In this document: positions 58,764 to 64,000 of the stretch, in pieces
Position numbering within the stretch: the first letter of the stretch is position 1
How the letters are laid out: each line of letters begins with the position of its first letter
Assembly: GCA_039812085.1 (NCBI GenBank)
Contig: JBDHZU010000001.1
Span: 570 to 64,569 of the forward strand
Length of the DNA: 64,000 nt
From: Candidatus Nanopelagicales bacterium
GTDB taxonomy: Bacteria; Actinomycetota; Actinomycetes; S36-B12; UBA10799
Reading direction: 5' to 3'
Notes under the pieces: generated by a model
Seen by the model: the letters and a program-made list of their open reading frames with translations, nothing else
What the model was told of the DNA's origin: nothing
The model's database searches: none
Position numbers and translations under genes: made by a program

Positions 58764-60323
58764 TCAGTGGAAGAAATGCCGGATCCCGGTGAAGTACATC
58801 GTGATACCAGCAGCTTGAGCGGCCGCAATCACTTCATCGTCGCGCACAGATCCACCAGGCTGAACAACTGCTCTCACTCCGGCAGCCAGCAACACGTCCA
58901 AACCATCGGCGAACGGGAAGAAAGCATCCGAGGCACCCACTGAATCCTTCGCTCGGCCTTCGCCTGCTCGCTCGACCGCCAGACGAGCCGAGTCGACCCG
59001 GTTCACCTGACCCATTCCAATCCCGACCGCAGCTTGATCTTTGGCCAACAGAATGGCGTTGGACTTCACTCCCCGAACCGCTCGCCAAGCAAACTCCAGA
59101 TCCGCGAGGGTCTGTTCATCTGCAGGTTCGCCAACCGCCAATGTCCAGTTCGCGGGGTCGTCGCCGTCGGCATCAATCCGGTCAGCCAACTGCATCAGCA
59201 GACCACCGCTAATTGGCCGCTGCTCTGGACGAGGGCCTGCCGGCACATCGGCCGCAACCAAGATTCGCAGATTCTTCTTGGCCTGCAGGATTTCCAGCGC
59301 TTCTGGCGAGTAGGACGGCGCCACGATTACTTCCGTGAATACCTCGGCCACTTGCCGGGCCATATCGGCATCAACCTGACGGTTCGCGGCAATCACTCCA
59401 CCGAAAGCAGACAACGGGTCAGTCTCGTGGGCTTTTGCGTGGGCAACTGCAATCTCGTCGGCAACAGCCACTCCACAGGGGTTGGCGTGCTTGATGATCG
59501 CGACTGCTGGCTGAGAAAAGTCGTACGCCGTTCGTCGGGCAGCATCGGCATCGACGTAGTTGTTGTACGACATTTCCTTGCCGTGCAGTTGGTCAGCCTG
59601 CGCGATTCCGTCGGGCGCTACCGGGCTGATGTAGAGGGCAGCGTCCTGGTGTGGATTCTCGCCGTATCGCAGCACCGCAGCTCGTTCGTAGACGCCACCG
59701 ACCCAGCCGGGGAACACCGACGACGGGTCTGCCGCCACTGTGCTGCCCATCCATGAGGCAACCGCCACGTCGTAGCTGGCCGTATGTCGGAATGCATCTG
59801 CCGCAAGCGCCTGACGCTGTTCCAGGGTGAAACCACCATTGCCCACTGCCTCGATGACTTCGGGGTAACGCGACGGGCTCACCACCACAGCAACTGACGG
59901 GTGATTCTTAGCGGCTGCTCGCACCATCGCTGGCCCACCGATGTCGATCTGCTCGATGCATTCATCCGAACTGGCACCGGAGGCGACCGTCTCGTTGAAC
60001 GGATACAGGTTGACGACGACCAACTCGAATGGCTCGATATCTGCTTCAGCTAGTTGGGACTCGTGATCGCCGAGACGAAGGTCAGCCAAGATGCCCGCGT
60101 GTACGCGGGGGTGCAACGTCTTGACTCGACCATCCAGCATCTCCGGCGAGCCCGTCACCTGCGATACCTCAACGACCTCAATCCCAAGATCGGAGATCCG
60201 GGCAGCAGTTGAACCTGTCGACACGATCTGGACCCCGGCGTCAGCAAGACCCTGTGCTAATTCCGACAACCCGGTCTTGTCATACACCGAGATAAGAGCT
60301 CGTTTGATCGGTCGCTTACTCAT
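58764..60323 (-). CDS. purH: Bifunctional AICAR transformylase/IMP cyclohydrolase
   Basis: [13 protein letters not shown]...GGVIAANR...[11 protein letters not shown]...FTGIRHFFH. Confidence 0.95.
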   Translation of the reverse strand: MSKRPIKRALISVYDKTGLSELAQGLADAGVQIVSTGSTAARISDLGIEVVEVSQVTGSPEMLDGRVKTLHPRVHAGILADLRLGDHESQLAEADIEPFELVVVNLYPFNETVASGASSDECIEQIDIGGPAMVRAAAKNHPSVAVVVSPSRYPEVIEAVGNGGFTLEQRQALAADAFRHTASYDVAVASWMGSTVAADPSSVFPGWVGGVYERAAVLRYGENPHQDAALYISPVAPDGIAQADQLHGKEMSYNNYVDADAARRTAYDFSQPAVAIIKHANPCGVAVADEIAVAHAKAHETDPLSAFGGVIAANRQVDADMARQVAEVFTEVIVAPSYSPEALEILQAKKNLRILVAADVPAGPRPEQRPISGGLLMQLADRIDADGDDPANWTLAVGEPADEQTLADLEFAWRAVRGVKSNAILLAKDQAAVGIGMGQVNRVDSARLAVERAGEGRAKDSVGASDAFFPFADGLDVLLAAGVRAVVQPGGSVRDDEVIAAAQAAGITMYFTGIRHFFH

Positions 60324-60955
60324 GCGAACCTGGCCTTCCGTCCATCGACAATTACTTGGGCTGTGCAGAACCGGGCGACGGTGTCGACCAGTAGTTGTCG
60401 TTCTACGACCTTGATGCGTTCGTGCAAGGTCGGCACGTCGTCGTCGGGCAAAACCTCCACCGAGGCTTGCGCCAAGATCGGTCCGGTATCAACGCCGTTG
60501 TCCACCAAGTGCACGGTGCAACCAGAGAGTTTGACGCCGTGGGCAATCGTCTGTTCGACCGCATTGCCGCCGGGGAACGACGGCAACAGTGACGGATGGG
60601 TATTAATGATCTGCTGTGGCCACTTGGCCAAGACCTGCGTTCCCAAGATGCGCATAAAGCCCGCGCTGACGATCACATCCGGTGCATGAGCCGCGATTGC
60701 TTCGGCCAGATCGGCGTCCCATTCAGCACGGTCTTCATAGTCACGGGGATCAACGACGAAGATAGGAATGTCAGCGGCAACTGCACGATCTAAGCCCGCT
60801 GCGGACATCGAGTCGGCGCCAACCGCCACGATCTGACCGGTGAGCTCATTGCGACTTTGGGCGTCTAGCAGGGCCTGCAGATTCGTGCCGCTGCCAGAGA
60901 TGAGCACGACGAGCCGTGTCTGGGCGCTGTTCACTGACGAGAGTCTATGAGTCAT
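60320..60955 (-). CDS. purN: Phosphoribosylglycinamide formyltransferase
   Basis: [24 protein letters not shown] and GCTVHLVD. There is an ATGA overlap with purH. Confidence 0.92.
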   Translation of the reverse strand: MTHRLSSVNSAQTRLVVLISGSGTNLQALLDAQSRNELTGQIVAVGADSMSAAGLDRAVAADIPIFVVDPRDYEDRAEWDADLAEAIAAHAPDVIVSAGFMRILGTQVLAKWPQQIINTHPSLLPSFPGGNAVEQTIAHGVKLSGCTVHLVDNGVDTGPILAQASVEVLPDDDVPTLHERIKVVERQLLVDTVARFCTAQVIVDGRKARFA

Positions 60956-62339
60956 CGCGTGAACGTCGACGCAGCGACGTCAACCGAGACTTTCGATTCG
61001 AAGCAACATCCAGGTCAAGCTGCTGATCCGTGACATCGATTGCGTCGGGCATCTTCCGACTGCGGTACCACTGACGAACGTGTCGAACACAGTCACCGAT
61101 TAAGCCGCCGATACCCGCAAGTACGCCGGCCGCCAACGCTGTCTGCCAGGCCACCGGGCCAGTCGTCGCCATCCGACCGGCACCTAGCCCACCACCGGCT
61201 AGCAAGCAGGCGCAGAACACGATGACGATCAGCGTTCCAAGGACCATTCCGCGTTCACGCCAAGCCGCTCGACGACGCAAGCTCATGGGTTCAGTCGGAC
61301 TCATCACGATCATCATGACCACACCAGCGAGGATCCCGATGGCTGGCAATCCGAGCGTCCAAGCAGGTACCTGTTCGGGGATACCGGCGAACATCGGGAA
61401 TGCGGGCACCGTGCCGAGATCCACGCCCAAAGGAGATACCTGTGTGCCTTCGCCCAAGGCGAATCCGGGACCGAGAATGAAGCTTGCCGCCCACACCAAC
61501 AGATTGGGGAGATACGTCGCGGCCAGGACGAACAGTAAGAGGTCACCCAGTAGCCCAGGGTTGAGCAACTGCGTCATTTTGACCGCACCGCCGAAGTGCA
61601 GCAACAAGCTGGCAGCCATCACCACACCAGCCGCCGCAACAATCACCAGACAGGCAGCAGTCGCTGCGCGAACTCGCAAACGCCACACACCCGGGACCAA
61701 GCCAGTCACTGTGTCCAGCAACGATGCTTCGCGCAAGACGCCAAAGCCCAAACCAACCGCGCTGACCAATCCCGCACCCACGAGTGCGTACAGCGGCGAC
61801 ACCCACACGCTGTCTGTGCGGCTCATGCTGGCAACGAGCAAACCGACCGTGGCGTAAACACCTGCGCCCATTCCGATGACGGTTCGGGCTTCCGACACCA
61901 ACACAGTGCCGCTACGTCGGGCAGCCCACTGTCCGGAACGAGCCGCAAGGAGCAATGGGATTGCCAATAGCCCGAGTGGTAGTGCGGTGATGGATCCACC
62001 CGAAATGGACAGCGGCACATGGTGAACGCCCAGCCAAGCGTTACCCGCTGAATGAACCATTCCGGAGAAGCTGCCGGTGCCTGCCCCAACGATCCATGCA
62101 ATCAAGACAACTGCACCGACTCCCAGCAGGCCCAAAATTGCCGCCCACAGCCCAGCTACTGCACCTGCTTGCGCCGGACTCAGTCGATCAACGACCGCAT
62201 CGGTTCGAGAACGAACGACCCGTGTCCACTGTTGTCGACGACCACCCTCAGGAGCGGCAACGCCCGCTGTCCGTGATCGGGGTCGAGCGCCGGCACCGGA
62301 TCGACGAATTGTTCGCCTGCTCTCCGGTCGTTGTGCCAC
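60945..62339 (-). CDS. perM: PerM-like (Rv0955/DUF6350) polytopic membrane protein
   Basis: About 10 TM helices. It sits between sucD and purN, matching the M. tuberculosis order sucC-sucD-...-perM-purN-purH as I recall it. Confidence 0.65.
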   Translation of the reverse strand: MAQRPESRRTIRRSGAGARPRSRTAGVAAPEGGRRQQWTRVVRSRTDAVVDRLSPAQAGAVAGLWAAILGLLGVGAVVLIAWIVGAGTGSFSGMVHSAGNAWLGVHHVPLSISGGSITALPLGLLAIPLLLAARSGQWAARRSGTVLVSEARTVIGMGAGVYATVGLLVASMSRTDSVWVSPLYALVGAGLVSAVGLGFGVLREASLLDTVTGLVPGVWRLRVRAATAACLVIVAAAGVVMAASLLLHFGGAVKMTQLLNPGLLGDLLLFVLAATYLPNLLVWAASFILGPGFALGEGTQVSPLGVDLGTVPAFPMFAGIPEQVPAWTLGLPAIGILAGVVMMIVMSPTEPMSLRRRAAWRERGMVLGTLIVIVFCACLLAGGGLGAGRMATTGPVAWQTALAAGVLAGIGGLIGDCVRHVRQWYRSRKMPDAIDVTDQQLDLDVASNRKSRLTSLRRRSRDDS

Positions 62340-62351
62340 CGAAATAGTCTC

Positions 62352-62375
62352 GCTGACGAATTCGTTCTCGTCAGC
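62352..62375 (-). terminator. Hairpin downstream of sucD (candidate attenuator or terminator)
   Basis: GCTGACGA (62352-62359), an 8-nt loop, then TCGTCAGC (62368-62375). It lies in the 80-nt gap between the sucD stop and the perM-like start. The trailing U-tract is weak. Confidence 0.35.
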
Positions 62376-62419
62376 TATTCCACGCCGAAGCCACCGGAAT
62401 CAGTGACCACGAGCAGTGG

Positions 62420-63304
62420 CTACAGCGATTCGACGATCTCGCGCATCAAGCGCGCGGTCTCTGACGGAGTCTTGCCGACCTTCACGCCGACTGCCTCAAG
62501 GGCTTCCTTCTTCGCCTCGGCTGTGCCGGACGAACCGGAAACGATGGCACCTGCGTGACCCATCGTCTTGCCCTCAGGAGCGGTGAAGCCCGCCACGTAA
62601 CCAACCACCGGCTTGGTGATGTGCTCACCGATGTAGGCCGCTGCACGCTCTTCCGCGTCGCCACCAATTTCGCCGATCATCACGATCGCGTCAGTCTCCG
62701 GATCGTCCTGGAATGCCTGCAAACAATCGATGTGCGTGGTGCCGATGATCGGGTCACCACCGATACCGACGCAGGTGGAGAATCCGATGTCGCGCAGTTC
62801 ATACATCATCTGGTAGGTCAAGGTGCCGGACTTGGACACCAGACCGATACGACCCGCCTTGGTGATGCTGGCCGGGATGATTCCCGCGTTGGACTTGTCC
62901 GGAGAAATCAGACTGGGGCAGTTCGGCCCGATGATGCGGGTCGTGCCCTTCTGTTCGGAGTACGCGAAGAACTCGGCCGTGTCATGGACCGGCACACCTT
63001 CGGTGATGACAACGCACAGCGGAATCTCGGCATCGATTGCTTCGATGACAGCGGCCTTGGTGAAAGCCGGAGGGACGAATACAACGGACACGTCGGCACC
63101 GGTCTCTGCCATAGCTTCGGCAACCGTTCCGTAGACGGGGATGTTGTGGTCTTCGATCTCGACCTTTTCTCCCGCCTTGCGTGGGTTCACACCCGCGACA
63201 ACCTGCGTGCCGGAAGCCAGCATTCGCGTGGTGTGCTTCATGCCCTCAGAGCCGGTCATACCTTGCACCAGCACCTTGGAGTTTTCGTTCAAGTAGATCG
63301 ACAT
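62420..63304 (-). CDS. sucD: Succinyl-CoA synthetase alpha subunit
   Basis: [11 protein letters not shown] and MGHAGAIV (phosphohistidine loop). Confidence 0.95.
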   Translation of the reverse strand: MSIYLNENSKVLVQGMTGSEGMKHTTRMLASGTQVVAGVNPRKAGEKVEIEDHNIPVYGTVAEAMAETGADVSVVFVPPAFTKAAVIEAIDAEIPLCVVITEGVPVHDTAEFFAYSEQKGTTRIIGPNCPSLISPDKSNAGIIPASITKAGRIGLVSKSGTLTYQMMYELRDIGFSTCVGIGGDPIIGTTHIDCLQAFQDDPETDAIVMIGEIGGDAEERAAAYIGEHITKPVVGYVAGFTAPEGKTMGHAGAIVSGSSGTAEAKKEALEAVGVKVGKTPSETARLMREIVESL

Positions 63305-63315
63305 GTCAGTTCTCC

Positions 63316-64000
63316 TCAGGCGCTCGCGAGTTCAGCCACGCGAGCCGCGGCATCGTCCATGGTGTCCACGAGTTCAATCACGTCGTGGTCGGCATCGTTC
63401 AGAATCTGGCGGCCGAGGTCGGCGTTGTTTCCATCCAGACGACACACGATCGGCTTGTCTAGCGCAGTTCCTGCGGAACCCAGTAGTTCCAATGCCTGCA
63501 CGATGCCGTTGGCCACCGCGTCACAACTCGTGATGCCACCGAATACGTTGACGAACACGCTCTTCACATCGGGATCGCCCAGGATCACATCCAGGCCGTC
63601 TGCCATGACTTGAGCAGAAGCGCCACCGCCGATATCCAGGAAGTTAGCGGGCTTAACGCCACCGAACTCTTCCCCGGCGTAAGCGACAACGTCCAGGGTG
63701 CTCATCACCAGACCGGCACCGTTTCCGATGATGCCGACCTCGCCGTCAAGCTTGACGTAGTTCAGGCCCTTCTCTTTGGCCTTCAACTCCAGGGGATCAG
63801 TGGCTTCGGTATCCACCAGTGCAGCGTGGTCTTCGTGACGGAACTCGGCGTTCTCATCCAAGGTGACCTTGCCGTCCAGCGCCAAAACCTTGCCGTCTGG
63901 ATCCTTCACCAGCGGGTTGACCTCAACCAAGGTCGCGTCTTCGTCGACGAAGGTCTTCCAGAGAGTCACCAGCACGTCGGACACTTGGTCAGCAACGTCT
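63316..64000 (-). CDS. sucC: Succinyl-CoA synthetase beta subunit (5' part lies outside the window)
   Basis: LVEVNPLV and NIGCMVNGAGLAM-like [15 protein letters not shown]. The frame stays open to nt 64000. Confidence 0.93.
   Translation of the reverse strand, partial: DVADQVSDVLVTLWKTFVDEDATLVEVNPLVKDPDGKVLALDGKVTLDENAEFRHEDHAALVDTEATDPLELKAKEKGLNYVKLDGEVGIIGNGAGLVMSTLDVVAYAGEEFGGVKPANFLDIGGGASAQVMADGLDVILGDPDVKSVFVNVFGGITSCDAVANGIVQALELLGSAGTALDKPIVCRLDGNNADLGRQILNDADHDVIELVDTMDDAAARVAELASA

Noticed and set aside
56439-62419. The possibility of ZTP (pfl) or purine riboswitches controlling purH, purN or folD.
   Set aside because: These genes are packed with overlaps or gaps of 8 nt or less. 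The only gaps, 56439-56509 and 62340-62419, are too short and lack the motifs as far as I can recall them. Covariance-model scanning was not possible here.
62555-63613. A 352-aa ORF on the + strand.
   Set aside because: It is fully antisense to sucD and sucC, whose translations carry unmistakable succinyl-CoA synthetase motifs. Its own translation is low-complexity and Arg/Gly/Asp-rich. This is a typical high-GC shadow ORF.
1-64000. A search by eye for CRISPR arrays, tRNA or rRNA genes, IS elements, integrases, prophage genes or defence-system genes.
   Set aside because: I found no repeat-spacer periodicity and no tRNA-like GGTTCGAATCC arm. No transposase, integrase, phage or nuclease-helicase style ORFs appear in the six-frame track.

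Overview
The window reads as a very gene-dense chromosomal segment of a high-GC Actinomycetota genome. I saw no rRNA, tRNA, CRISPR array, transposase or integrase by eye. Many adjacent genes overlap at their stop and start codons, and several convergent gene pairs overlap at their 3' ends.

About two thirds is recognisable housekeeping:
- purine synthesis: purE/purK, purH/purN
- acyl-CoA carboxylase neighbourhood: birA, accD5-like, accE, maf, accA3-like, lpdA-like
- central metabolism: sucC/sucD, mdh, icd, glgP, a split methylmalonyl-CoA mutase
- others: folD, trpS, xthA, perM-like

The neighbourhoods resemble Mycobacterium tuberculosis Rv3265c-Rv3285 and Rv0951-Rv0957. That gene order is recalled from memory.

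Three envelope-glycan regions are embedded in this backbone.

1. nt 1-14727 is a wall-teichoic-acid-like locus. It holds two TagF-like phosphotransferases, a Bcs1-type fused CDP-ribitol synthase, a LicC-like cytidylyltransferase, a CDP-alcohol phosphotransferase, three GT2 enzymes, a TagGH-like ABC exporter and an LCP ligase.
2. nt 18616-23320 is a decaprenyl-phospho-arabinose-type module. It holds a GT-C enzyme, DPPR synthase, DprE1 and GtrA, but no adjacent DprE2.
3. nt 28591-38989 is the most unusual part. It is about 10.4 kb lying between maf and accA3. A ten-gene minus-strand operon there interleaves two GT2 glycosyltransferases with two ATP-grasp ligases. It also carries a 603-aa polytopic membrane protein, two tiny membrane proteins, a GalE-family epimerase and a secreted GH16, with ugd converging on its 3' end.

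I do not recognise region 3 as a described pathway. My working hypothesis is an amino-acid- or amine-amidated uronic-acid glycopolymer.

All functional calls come from motif recognition in the supplied translations. No searches were run, and many start codons are uncertain.
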